A stretch of DNA of 64,000 nucleotides, taken from the NCBI GenBank assembly GCA_033442325.1, contig JAWQFM010000007.1, positions 1,053,011 to 1,117,010 on the forward strand, given 5' to 3'. Position numbers and translations under genes: made by a program. Position 1 is the first letter of the stretch; each line of letters opens with the position of its first letter. A model generated the notes under the pieces. It worked only from the letters and a program-made list of their open reading frames with translations, was not told the DNA's origin and ran no database searches. The DNA comes from Salpingoeca rosetta. Its lineage: Eukaryota; Protista; Choanoflagellata. This document shows, in pieces, positions 46,682 to 59,769 of this stretch.

Positions 46682-46816
46682 GCATACACATACGCATACA
46701 CGTACCATGACACCATGGCGAGCTGCGTTGTAGAGGGGTACGGAGGGAACTGATGCACTGCTTGGGATGATGGCACCGGCCACCACCGCCACCACAAATC
46801 CAAACAACAACAGCAT
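43871..46816 (-). CDS. Aldo-keto reductase with a predicted signal peptide, multi-exon
   Basis: [27 protein letters not shown] (D-Y-K-H tetrad), AIGVSNF, NQVEYHP, YSPLG and QVILRW. The N-terminus is [22 protein letters not shown]. Confidence 0.93.
44171..44310. other. Assembly gap (140 N) inside the last AKR intron
   Basis: Run of N flanked by (TG)n. Confidence 1.
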
Positions 46817-46909
46817 TATGATTGCGGGCAGTGATTGCTGATAGTTACTGAATATCTTTCACCATTTCTCCCCAAGAAACCACAGCAAGAGGAAGGAAGG
46901 ACAGCAACG

Positions 46910-48624
46910 ATGGCGCTCTCTGGGAAAGTTGTCGGCATCCTTGCGGAGTACAATGTGGAAGACCTGGAGTTCCACTACCCAGCGCTGCGCTTCAAGTGAG
47001 CTGGAACGCGTGCCGTACACACACACACACACACACATGCACACACACACATGCGCATACACACACACACATGCACACACACATACACACACGCATACAC
47101 ACAGGTCCACACGTACATAACCACATCAACATCTGGGTTGTGAAAGCGAAAGGAGAGGGGTTGTGTCATATGTAGACGCGTGCGTACTCTCTGCTTTGTG
47201 TGCGGGCGCGTGATGCGGCCACAGCGTGCCACTCATCGAAACCGTCGCCCACCATTTACAGGGAGGAAGGATGTGAAGTGAAGCTGATTGGACCAAGCAA
47301 GGACTTCAAAGCCAAAGGAAAGCATGGCTTGCCCGTGAAAGCAAACACAGGCATCGGCGAGATTGAGGTCTTGTTGGTTGATTGGGTGTGTGTGTGTGTG
47401 CTTGTGTGGTGTTTGTGCATTTGTGTGTGTGTGTGTGTGGTGTTTGTGCATTTCTGTGTGTGTGTGTGTTGTTGTTGATGAGGATGTCGGTTGTTGCGCT
47501 TGTGTGTGGTGCTGCAAGGTTGTTTAATGCGTGTCTGTTGCATGATTGAGCTGTGAAACGTGCAAACTGCCCGCGTGCATGCATCCATCTTCCTTTGTTC
47601 ATGCCCGCTATACAAGCTCATCGCTTCTTTGACAGTTCATCAACACTCAAGTTCGTTGCCATTGAAACTCATTGCCATGTCTGAAACCACCCTTCTCTTT
47701 CTCTCTCTGCGTGCTTGGACAGGCCAAGGATCTTGACTGTCTTATTATCCCTGGTGGCTTTGCTCCAGGTCAGTGTTCACTTGCACAGGTGCAGTGGAGA
47801 TCGCCTTTCGTTGTGGGCGTGGCCACAGCCGGCGGCGTCACTTGCCCTGTATCAAGGACTTGGTTGAACTTCTTTGGACGATGACCCTCGCTCCCCGATC
47901 TTGCCGAAGCAGAGCATTCAAGATTTGTCCGTCTCCTCTGACGTGCGCTGTTTGCTTATTTATTCAATTAGATGTCACATCTTTACTTGCCGTGCACTCA
48001 TCGTGTGAGTTATGTTTACTTGCCGTGCACAACAGACTATTGGCGGCGCCATGACAGCTTCAAGACATTGGTTCGTGAGGTCTGCGAGCAAGGCAAACCT
48101 GTTGGCGCCATTTGCCATGGCCCCTGGCTTCTCGTGTCCGCCAACGTGTGTGCCGGCAAGCGCATGACCTGCTTCCACTCCATCAAGGTTTGTGTTGGCA
48201 CTGTGTATGCGCAATTGTTTGTGTTGTATGTGTGTTTGTGTTTGTGTGCGCATGCATGTGTTTGTGTTGAATGTGTGTTTGTGTTGTGTGTGCAATTGTT
48301 TGTGTTGTATGTGCGCCTGGACACATCACTGTACTTGTCGGATTTGCTCCTTCAATCACCCATTCATCCTCTACTTCACACACACGTACACACGTACACA
48401 CACACGTACACACACACGTACATACACACACACGTACACACACACACACGTACACACACACTGGTCACATGTTGTGTTCTGTTGTTCAGGACGACATTCA
48501 GAACGCTGGTGCCGAGTATGTGGAGGGCCAAGAGGCGGTTGTAGACGGCAACATTGTCACGTCCCGCACCCCAGATGACCTCCCAGCCTTCTGCATCGCC
48601 CTCATCAGCCTCATGAGCAAGTGA
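46910..48624 (+). CDS. PfpI/YhbO-type DJ-1 superfamily enzyme (glyoxalase III/deglycase-like), 5 exons
   Basis: MALSGKVVGIL..VEDLEFHYP, IIPGGFAPDYWRR, GAICHGPW and VVDGNIVTSRTPDDLPAF. Confidence 0.93.
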
Positions 48625-49299
48625 GGAAGCGTAAGAGCAGCGGCCAACACTGCATGGGCGTGCGAGCGTGTGTGTGTCAGTGTGCGCGTGTGCGCTTGTG
48701 TGTGTGCGTCAGTGCACCTCCTCCTTGCACATTTTCGTGTGTCGTTGTCGTCTACATTAAACGAGTCATACATGTTTCAACAAAACCTGACGAAATCGTA
48801 TATTCGTTCGTCACCTCAACGCGCCATGCACAGTCGCGAACCAACTCGTGGTGGCGTCATCATCGTCATGCCTTGTTGCCACCACGACGAATGACCATTC
48901 ACTCTCTGTGCTACTTCCAACATTCCAACCACGAACAGACACACACACACGCCCACACACACACGCACACGCAACCACAGCCACACCACACCCTCCCGAC
49001 GTCCATTCAATCAGCGTGCGCAACAGAGCACACACGCTACACCAGCAAAGCCATTCATTCACATCACATCGACATAACGGTTCCCGTTGCCGTTATTACA
49101 TTACGTGGCAGTCGTTGCACGCTTCTCGCCGACTGTTTGGGTCGCTTGTCGAACCCTCTCTTTCTCTTTCCCACCACACACGCACAGACACACACACACA
49201 CAGACACACAGACACACACAGATAGACACACACACAGACACACACAGACGGACACACACACACACACACACGCACAGACACACGCAGACAGACACTACG

Positions 49300-49998
49300 A
49301 TGCTGCGGAAGTTTGACACGGCGAGTGAAGCCGAGAACCACACGGAGCAGGCGCACCCAGCCTCTACAACAACACACGTGAGTACAAAGGATACGGCAAC
49401 AACACCAAGATTGCAGGAGCAAAGGGCTGCTGCAGAGGCGGATTTGACGAAGAACACCAACCAACCACAACAAGGTGTGTGGCGACAGCGGTCCACCATC
49501 TTGGATGAAGCAGCCACCACGACCACCACCGACAGCATCCTCCCAGCAAGCAACAGCAGCAACGCCACAACCAGCGTCCAAGCCACGGTGTCGTCCACGT
49601 CCACGTGTTCCTCGTCTTCCACCGCGTCATCGTCAGCAACATCAAAAGTTGGCGACAAGCCGCGCAAACCGCGGTTTCTGGCCAGGGTGAAGCAGGGCAT
49701 GTCCCGGTTCGTGTCGTTTCGCAGCGGCAGCGATGATGACTCCTCCTCCTCTTCTGGTCTGTCGTCGTCGACAACGAAGACAAAGGGAGGCAAGACGAAA
49801 GCGCGGGAGATTCGCGTCATCCCGGGCTCGCCCATGCTCAAGTATGACTGGTCCAAGCGCCGGTCCACCAACGCGCATCTCACCCGGGAAGAGCAGACGC
49901 GACAGGAGACCCGTCTCAAGTCACAGACCCCGTACATGGCAAAGATGGCGCATCGCTACCAAAATGTCTTTGAATGTTACAGCAGGGTGCGTGACATG

Positions 49999-50031
<33 letters not shown>

Positions 50032-50076
50032 CGTGTGTGTGTATGAGCGGCTTATGTGCGGGTGGGTTGTGCGTCT

Positions 50077-50164
<88 letters not shown>

Positions 50165-51074
50165 CGGCTTATGTGTGTGTGTGTGTGCACTTTTTCACGT
50201 GTGTGTCTGCCTGAATGCCCTTGACGTCCCTCTTTCCTCTCCCCCTTCTTTCTACTCCTGTCTTCTCCTCTTCTCCTCTGTGCTTCCGCTCGCTCACAAC
50301 ATCACCCTCACGCACCCCCACCCCTCTCCCCATACACATACACACTCGCTATCCTCCTTCCATCAGTATGTCACGGACGACGAATCAGACGTGGCGAGCC
50401 TGCGCCGACACACGTGTCCGCCTGCATCGAGCCGTCGACCAGAGGCCGCGGACCTTCATGACACAGCGAAGCGCGTGCGTGAGCGCTTTCGCTTTCGCAG
50501 CCAGACAGATGCCGGCGTTGTTGTGGCCCCGCCGTCCCGCCGCAGCGCGTCAACCTCTGCAGCCAACCCAAGCCATGGCAGTGACATCAGGACGAGCGCG
50601 ACGAGTGTTCTCAAGTTGAGCCCCAGCAACAAGGCCCCTGCTGGCCCTGCCGCCGGCGACGATGCTGACGATGAGGGTGAAGGTGAGGGTGAAGGCGATG
50701 ACGTGTTTGATGGTGACTCAACGCCACGGAGCACACCGGTACCGCCGCCTACACAGTCCACACCTGCAGTCGCAACACCACCAGTGGCAGTGTCTCCCAC
50801 GCCCAGGGCCGAAGCACCGACGACAGCTGGCGGTGGCCGCTGGAGCGTGTGCGATCCTTCCTCTGGCGCGGCCGAGCGCCACGCACAGGCGGAGGGACAG
50901 GCCAGCGATAAGGGGGCGCCAGGCAACAGGCAGCGGCCTGTGAGTGCGTTTATGCCTGGGCGTCGACCGTCCTACCATCCTTGGCCCGAGGACTGGGATC
51001 CTACCATTTGCAAGGATGCAATGGGCAGGCGAGGGTATTCCAACGTCGCCCCGCCAAGCATCACCCGCAAGTGA
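49300..51074 (+). CDS. Hypothetical S/T/P-rich disordered protein, 2 exons
   Basis: Two long microsatellite-free reading frames (49300-49998 and 50367-51074) joined by a GT-AG intron. No family recognised. Confidence 0.65.
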
Positions 51075-51811
51075 CGCTGTGTGTGTGTGTGTGTGTGTCT
51101 GTGTGTCTGTGTGTCTATGTGTCTATGTGTCTGTGTGTCTGTGTGTGTGTGTGTCTGTGTCTGTGTCTGTGTCTGTGTCTGTGTTTGCATGACCTAGGAC
51201 AGGTTGTTACATCATATTGATTGGTTTGTGTCTGAGGCTCGATTGCTCTGCGCTGTTGCGCTGTTGTGCTTTGTGATGTGCATAACCGATGGCCACGCTT
51301 CCGATGTTTGCATGCATGCGATTGGCGCTTGTTTGATAAATGACGAGGTAGACTTGTACAGCACAGCAAGTGCTGTCACGTACGCGTTGAAGTAAGGCAT
51401 GTGTTGTTCGTGCCGCGTGTTGATGTATGGATGCATGAGACGAGCTAACGTGATATCAGAGATGTGCAGTCTCGTGTGTTTATGCTCGATGAGACGAGCG
51501 TTTGCGTTCAAGAGAAAGGGACAGGGCTATGAACAAGGACAAACGCAAAGAGATGGGTACAAGTTTAGAGGTACAGAGGATGGATATGGCGTGCCATGTG
51601 GGTGCATGTGCGTACTCGAGAGGAAGCAAATGTCGCGAACAACGTGTCCATTTAGTGGGATGGCATAAGCAGCAGAAGGAGCAAAATCAAAGTGGCCCGG
51701 GAGCAAACTTGTGCGGGTCAAGAACCGACACTCAGCTGCTTGCACTCGTGGAGGCTTGGGCCTCATAGCTGACAGAAGCAACGCACTCAGGCACTCGTAG
51801 TCGTCGTAGTG

Positions 51812-52129
51812 TTAGTTTGAGTTGTGAAGCAGCAGGGCGGCCTTCAATGTTTGCTTGATGTCCTCGATATCTTGCTCCAACGCCGCAATCTAAGCAAGTT
51901 GGCGTCAGATGGAGAGAGGAATTAGGGAGGCGGGGGGGGCAACAGAGGAATGGAGGGAGTAGAGAGGGAAGAGAGAGAGAGGACGGATCCATCAATCACA
52001 AGCATAACAACATCACTGTTCTGAGTTGGGTTTGCTAAGCTGACAGTGCAAACAACGGACGCATAGCTGATGCAGACAGACAGACAGGCAGGCAGATAGA
52101 CAGACACACAGAGACACAGAGACACAGAG

Positions 52130-52163
<34 letters not shown>

Positions 52164-52628
52164 ACACACACAGACACACACAGACAACGACACACACACA
52201 CACACATGCACATACCCTGTGCCCGCAGACGTTGACCCGCGCGTCCAGCAGTGGTAAGCACTGCAGTGCATCAATAGATTCAAGCAACAAGAGGAGACAT
52301 ACACGTAAACACGCGCACATGGGTGAAGCGTGTCATCACTGCTGTCATGGTGTGGGCGTGGTCCCTTGCTTGCAAGCAAGCAACCCCCTACCAGCCAACC
52401 AGCAAGCAGATGCACAACAAAGCAACAGCTGACGCTCACCTTGACCAGCTCTGCTTCAATCAGCTCCGTCTTAACGTTGAGCTGCGCCCGCACTACACAT
52501 CATACATGTCGTGCAATTGTAGCATGAGCAGGGCAGACGCACGCACAGCCAGTGGACAACAGTGAAGCAGGACAAGATGTGACAACACAAAGAGGACGAC
52601 AACAGAACAGACCTTTGGCCGCCTCCAT
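51812..52628 (-). CDS. 63-aa coiled-coil microprotein, 4 exons (52628-52613, 52492-52440, 52260-52216, 51889-51812)
   Basis: All three introns are GT-AG and phase-compatible, giving MEAAKVRAQLNVKTELIEAELVKCLPLLDARVNVCGHRIAALEQDIEDIKQTLKAALLLHNSN. Confidence 0.6.
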
Positions 52629-52822
52629 AATCGGCTTTTGTTGTCCTTGTTGCCTTACCTTGCTTGCTTGCTTGCTTGGTGTTTTCTTTGACTTTTGGTT
52701 TGTGTGGGTTGTGCTGCTGTGCGTTCCAATCCTTCCATCTCGCTGTCAATCTCGCTGCCCTTCTCATTGTCTCGCTCCTCCACGCTCACCAAGATTGCAC
52801 ACACACATAGTGTCAGGCGTGT

Positions 52823-53247
52823 TTACTTCTGCCAGCGAACAAAGGAGACGACATCGAGGGTTGTGCTGGCATCCTTGCCGGCGCGCGCCAACTCGTCACG
52901 CACGGTGTGGTCTGGAGAGAACACGAGCGCCTGCGTACGCAGCGCGTCCAGCACAGACTGGCCCTCCTCCGCCTCGGGCTCGACCGCAACCACGTTCTTC
53001 GCCAGCGCATCTGCTGTCGTCTTCAGCACGTCCTGGGCAGACCTGTTTAGAGGCGCGGGAACAGGAGGAGGAAGGGGGGGGGAGCAGGGTGAGGGCACGT
53101 GAGTGGAAGGACGTGAGTGGAAGGATGCAGATAGGCGCAGAAGCTTGCAGGGAGGTGGAAAGGCAGGACGATGCAGATCGGCGGACAAGTAGGCATACCA
53201 CAAACACACACACACACAGCAGACAGACACACACACACAGCAGACAG

Positions 53248-53280
<33 letters not shown>

Positions 53281-54260
53281 CAGACACAGGCAAAAAGACA
53301 GACACAGGCAAAAAGACAGACACAGACACAGGCACAGGCACAGACACAGACACACACACAGACACACACAGACAGACAGACAGACACAGACACACAGACA
53401 CACACAACATGGTACGCACTGGGGAAGCGAGGAGACGGGTGCATCAGCCTGCAGGCAGATGACGGCGGCGTAGGAGCCGTTGTTGTGGGAATAGGAACCG
53501 AGGACGCACGTATCAGGGGCATGCACACCACACGCCTGGCTCAGTTGAAGGTTCTATCCCGCCACACGAAGCAGAGGGGGGGGGGGGGTTGTTTGTTGGC
53601 AAGGGGGGTGAGTAACCTGGGCGAGTGACATCAATTTGGAAGAACACCAGGCCATTGTCATAAGGCAGCAGTCACCAACGACATACACAGACAGACAGAC
53701 AGAGACAGGGGCACAGACAGACACAAAAAAGATACCTCGCCGTGGGTAGAGAGGGCAGCATCGATGAGCGTCTTGGCCGTACCACTTGCCACGGGAAGAG
53801 ACGCAAGCTCCTGTGATTGCGTGTGATGAAGAAGGAATGATGAATGCGCGCTGCTGTGAGGAGCAAGCGACGCAACACGGACAACGCACACAGGCAGGCG
53901 AACAATGACCCTGAGCATATCCGCAGAAGACTCAGACAGCAGGCAGGCAGACAGACAGGCAGACAGACAGACAGACAGACAGGCAGACAGACAGACACAG
54001 ACACACACAGCAGGGAGCGCACCTCGTCTGTGAGGGTGACAAACTCGGTACTTGTATCCCGTTGCTGCATCATGCGCATGCAGCTCTCCGTAATCTCATC
54101 CACCATGCTCACAAACTCATCGTTTCGTGCAACAAAGTCCGTCTCGCAGTTCACCTGCATACGCAGTACACACGTGCGCAGTCATGCAATGGCGGGGGTT
54201 GGTGTCTGCAGCGAAACAGCGTGTGATCATGTGTGTGTGTGTGTGTGTGTGCGTGCGTGT

Positions 54261-54311
<51 letters not shown>

Positions 54312-54567
54312 GGGGGGGGTTGAGGCGTGGGCCATTGGGAGAGAGGAGTGGTACTGTGTGAAGGAGTGCAAAACATCACCTTGACGAGCGCGGCCGCTGT
54401 TGGCGACGTGAGCACGCCAACACGGCCCTCTGCAGCAGCGCGACCAGCCAGCTTGTCCTTGACCATTCTGCGGGCGTGTGTGGGCCAAAGCATGAAGAGT
54501 TGGGAGTGCCACGCAGCAAGCCGTGAGAGGGAATGGAAAGGTGCAGAGAGGACAGGCACAGGTCCAG

Positions 54568-54598
<31 letters not shown>

Positions 54599-54650
54599 CA
54601 CAGACAGACACGCCCACACACACACACACACACGCAGATACACACGACAC

Positions 54651-54712
<62 letters not shown>

Positions 54713-55047
54713 CACGCACAGTCATATACAGCCCAACACTCACTGTGCGCGGGCTTCCTCATTGTTCTTGAGCCACTCCATTGCGGCGTTCACGTCATCA
54801 CTGCTCTCTGCCAGCGCTTGGCGGCACAGCTTCATCGGCAGGTCCGTGCGCTTGCGCAGCTCCTTGATGTTGCCCACAGAGGGCTGCAGTGGCCGTCGGT
54901 TGGTAAGGGCAGCGGGAAGGGGGTTGGCGAGTTGGTGCATTGGTCAGTGCAGGGAAGGGTGACTGAGGGGTGAACGAGAGGTGGTGCAGTGGGATGGGGT
55001 GGGACAGACACCGCAGCGAAACTACACGGCGCAAAGAACACAGTCGA

Positions 55048-55145
<98 letters not shown>

Positions 55146-55230
55146 CCTTGACGGCGAGGGAGCGAGAGAGGAGGAGGGCAGGGCTGCGTGCACTGAGCGC
55201 CGCAGCACGTGTTGCACACACTTGCATCAT
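52823..55230 (-). CDS. TSFM: Mitochondrial elongation factor Ts
   Basis: Presequence, IKELRKRTDLPMKLCRQAL, AAAEG, VNCETDFVARN and C-terminal SFVRW. Confidence 0.93.
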
Positions 55231-55647
55231 CGTTGCGAGTTGTTTTGCGCCTTGTTTTGTTGTGCTGTGTGTGGACGGAAATGAAGAATGAAAGTGCTCT
55301 CAACTTCCACCACGTGTTGCACCCCACGTCCAACAGCCCACTTCTGTGCCACGCAAACGTCAAAGTGATGTGACCCAGGTACGTATACAAGGGGCCTTTG
55401 ATAGAAGAAAGGACACCAGCAGGCGAGCGAGCGAGCCAATCAGCAACGAAAAGGACAAACGAGCGATACATAAAGCAAAAGCAGAGGAATCAGACGTAAA
55501 CGAACAGTGAGACAAAGAAAAGAACACAGGCTAGGCAGGATAGTGATGTTCGATGGTGTGTGTGTGTGTATGTGTGTGTATCTTGGGAGTCAGAAGCCAG
55601 CAGGATGGACGGAGGCAGTCCAGAGCGCGGAGAGAAGCCAGCAGGCG

Positions 55648-56289
55648 CTACGATTCCAATTCCTGCCCCGCAATGATCTTGTATGCCAGCTTGACATACG
55701 AGTAGTGGCTGGCATACAACTGCATCTTCGGCTCAATCGACACCCACGCCACCTACAAGCAAAACAGAGGTGAGGTGAGGTGATGGATGAGGTGAGTTGT
55801 ACTTGAGTGCATCCTGCACGCACAGCTCTTGCCCCTCCCCCACACAGAGACAGACACACAGACAGACACACAGACAGACAGATACACACACACACACACA
55901 CACAGAGACACACACTTCCTTGTGCTCAAGGTCGCACAAGCAGACACAGCCACAAAGTCGACGGCCTCAACGAAGCATCGACTCTCCGCAGCATGGGTGG
56001 ATTGTGTGCACACTCACGTCACCGGCATCGTCGCCCGCCTTCAGGTCAAACTGCTCAAAGGACGTGCCGTCGTCATCGTGGAACACAACCGCCGTCTGCG
56101 GGCAGTGGCGCCGGAGAGGGATACACACGGGCCAGAGGCATGCAATGAGAACAGTTGCAATCGCAGATACAGAGGGGCAGAGGGACAGACAGGCGCAGGC
56201 ACAGAGACAGACACAGACACATACACAAAAGAACACAGGCACAGATAGACAGTCACAGACACACAGACACAGACACAGACACAGACACA

Positions 56290-56330
<41 letters not shown>

Positions 56331-56625
56331 ACAGACACACACACAGACCCCCCCCCACCGCCCACACACACACCGTCTCGAGCCAGGCAATGTCTGTGTT
56401 GCGCGGGTCGTCGACATATCCCTCGTACACCATGATGCCGTGGTCAAAGCTGTCCTTGATCGAGTCCAGCACCTGCTCCCGCTGCAGTTGCAAGGAGAAG
56501 GGTGACAATTGGCAGTGGTGGTAGTCGTGGAAGACAGGGTGAGAGCAGTGTCGGTGTTGGAAAAGAGGAACCAGGGTGGTTGCGCTACCGACAGCAAAGC
56601 AGACAAGTGCGCGCGCACACACACA

Positions 56626-56694
<69 letters not shown>

Positions 56695-57365
56695 CTCCTC
56701 TGGGGTGATGTCGTGTGAGGCGAGCGCCTCTTCCCCAAATTCGCGCCGCAACGCCGACGTCACCTTCTCGCCACGATCAACCATGCCCTGCAGTGTGCGT
56801 GCGCACGTGTACGCGTGTGTGCGTGTGCGAGCATGTTAGTGAGAAAGTGTGCGCGCGTACACGTGTACGCATGCAGGAGCAAGTGGGTGATGGCGGTCGG
56901 TAGCGGAGTTGCACGCGCAGGCGCTTGCGATGCAAAAATGTTGACTGGTGCAACGCACCCCTGGAATTGCCCATTCGCCGGTGTCCTTGCGCTTGATGCA
57001 GACCATCTCCAGGATCTTTCGCCCTTGGCCGTCGAGTTGGATCACGTCATCATCGTCGCGCTTCCACCTGTCGTGTTCAGCGCAGCGGCAGCAGACGCAC
57101 GGATACACACGAGTACAGCAGGCGAGGGCGGTGGTCAGGTAAGAGGAACAATCGCGGGAGATGAGCGCAGCATTGGATACCCACACAATGATTCAGACAG
57201 ACGACAGACAGACAGACATACAAACAGACACACAGACACACAGACACACCCACACCCACCCACACCCACCCACACAGACACACAGACACACAGACACACA
57301 GACACACAGACACACACCCACACACACACCCACACACACACACACACACACAGACACACACCACA

Positions 57366-57451
<86 letters not shown>

Positions 57452-58099
57452 CTATGAGCGCACCTTGTGACGATTGGGTCAGCGGCGAAGTTTGGACCGA
57501 AGCGGCCGAGGAGACCGCGGCCAGTCATGCCCGTCCGTCCCATCGGGTTGCTGCTCGTGGCGATGGTGATGGAAGGAGGGGGGGTGAGGGAGTGAACACA
57601 CACCCACACCCACACCCACACCCACACCCACACCCACACCCACACCCACACCCACACCCACACACACACACACACACACACAGCGAGGCATCGTCCTGAT
57701 GCAGCGCACCTCGGGGCGAAGCACTAACAGATCGCACTACAGGATCTTTCGCCCTTGGCCGTCGAGTTGGATCACGTCATCATCGTCGCGCTTCCACCTG
57801 TCGTGTTCAGCGCAGCGGCAGCAGACGCACGGATACACACGAGTACAGCAGGCGAGGGCGGTGGTCAGGTAAGAGGAACAATCGCGGGAGATGAGCGCAG
57901 CATTGGATACCCACACAATGATTCAGACAGACGACAGACAGACAGACATACAAACAGACACACAGACACACAGACACACCCACACCCACCCACACCCACC
58001 CACACAGACACACAGACACACAGACACACAGACACACAGACACACACCCACACACACACCCACACACACACACACACACACAGACACACACCCACACAC

Positions 58100-58185
<86 letters not shown>

Positions 58186-58746
58186 CTATGAGCGCACCTT
58201 GTGACGATGGGGTCAGCGGCGAAGTTTGGACCGAAGCGGCCGAGGAGACCGCGGCCAGTCATGCCCGTCCGCCCCATCGGGTTGCTGCTCGTGGCGATAG
58301 TGATGGAGGGAGGGAGGTGAGTGGGTGGGTGGAGTGAGTGACAACGAGCAAGGTCAACAACAGAAAAATGGGAGAGAGAAAAGACACGCGTGGAGTCGAG
58401 CGCGCACGGGTTGAGCATGATGTGAAAGCAAGGGGCAGTGAGAGGGAAAGTGGGTTCGACGCTCAAGGTTGATGAGTGCGACTGCTTACCGCGGCAGGTT
58501 TGTGTGCGAGTCAACGTGGTATGCACCGATGAAGCTCCTATGTGGACCTTCGTTGAACTTGATAGATCTGTTGCAGTGCGTGCAAGAAGACAGCGCGCAA
58601 ATGGCGACAGTCGGTTCGGTTGAGCTTCGAGCTAGAAGGAGCACACGCCACCCAAGACAACACAACCAAATCGACATGTGTGCGTGCAGACAGACAGGCA
58701 AACAGACAGAGAGACAGACAGAGAGACAGACAGACAGACAGACACG

Positions 58747-58781
<35 letters not shown>

Positions 58782-59504
58782 GCATCACACACACATGCCA
58801 CACACACACACGCACACACACGCCACATGACCACAAGTGCTTACGGTAGGTCCTCCTCCTTGTCAGCCCACTCTGGATTGGCCTTGACGTGATCATCCGT
58901 GTGGTCCGGCGGGTTGTAGTCAGGAAACTCCACCTGTGTGGAGTGGTGTTGGCAAGCGTCCACACAGCACAGCCGCAGCATATATGGTCGGTTGAAGAAA
59001 GGAGGGAGAATGACCATGTGTCGAGCAATCGTGACTGCACGAACATTGGAACCAGAAACCACAGCAACGCGTCCATCTACATCACCACACCACGCCACGC
59101 CACCCTCGATCCCTTCGCCTGCCGTGTGCCTGTGTGTGTCGCACCTCCCAAGAGACGAGGTGGTCAGGAACCTGTGCGCGCTCCGGGCCGTTCATGTATG
59201 GTTGGTTTCTGCATTTGATGTGGGGCCCCACAAACTGTTCCCCGACTACGTGATGGCGCGTGGGCGCAGGCGATGGCTTTGGCGATAGTTTGTGGCGCAG
59301 CTTTGGCGAGCTAACCTTCACCTCCACAGCATGCTTGGCGTTGCCCTCTTTCTCCTGTTGCTGTTGCTGCTGTTGCTGCTGTGTTTGGTGGTCTTCTTGT
59401 TCCTGCTGGGCTGGCGCTGCTTCTTCTGGCGCGGTGTTGTCGGCCGTGCGGCTTGGCTGGACGGCCACAGCAACAGCCTTCTTTGATGAGCAGCACGACA
59501 GCAT
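55648..59504 (-). CDS. NUDT9: ADP-ribose pyrophosphatase NUDT9-like Nudix hydrolase
   Basis: [68 protein letters not shown] and LYASH. Confidence 0.93.
57010..58315. repeat. Tandem duplication inside NUDT9 (57010-~57580 vs 57740-~58315)
   Basis: Near-identical exon and intron block at offset about 730, with a few substitutions. Confidence 0.92.
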
Positions 59505-59769
59505 CGCAACGCGATGACGTGTGATGTGATGTGATGTGATGTACTGATGTATCACGCAGGAAGTGCACAAAGCTGGCAGGCAGGATGCAGGTGGGTCGCA
59601 GATGGCAGCGGCGGTCGCTTGCTTCCTTGTTTGAAGAGCGGGTGTCTGAAGTGTGCGCGCTGTGTGCGCTGTGTGCTCTGCGTACTTGAGTCAACCGACA
59701 ATGAAGAGGGTGTGGTTGGCAAGCAAGCGCCTCCCCTTTCGTCACGACCACCGCAAACAACAGATCGTC

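Noticed and set aside
52630-52830. Alternative splice from the EF-Ts last exon (AA|GTAAAC) into the microprotein exons
   Set aside because: EF-Ts already ends at its normal position and the small gene has its own ATG, so a fusion is unsupported without transcripts.
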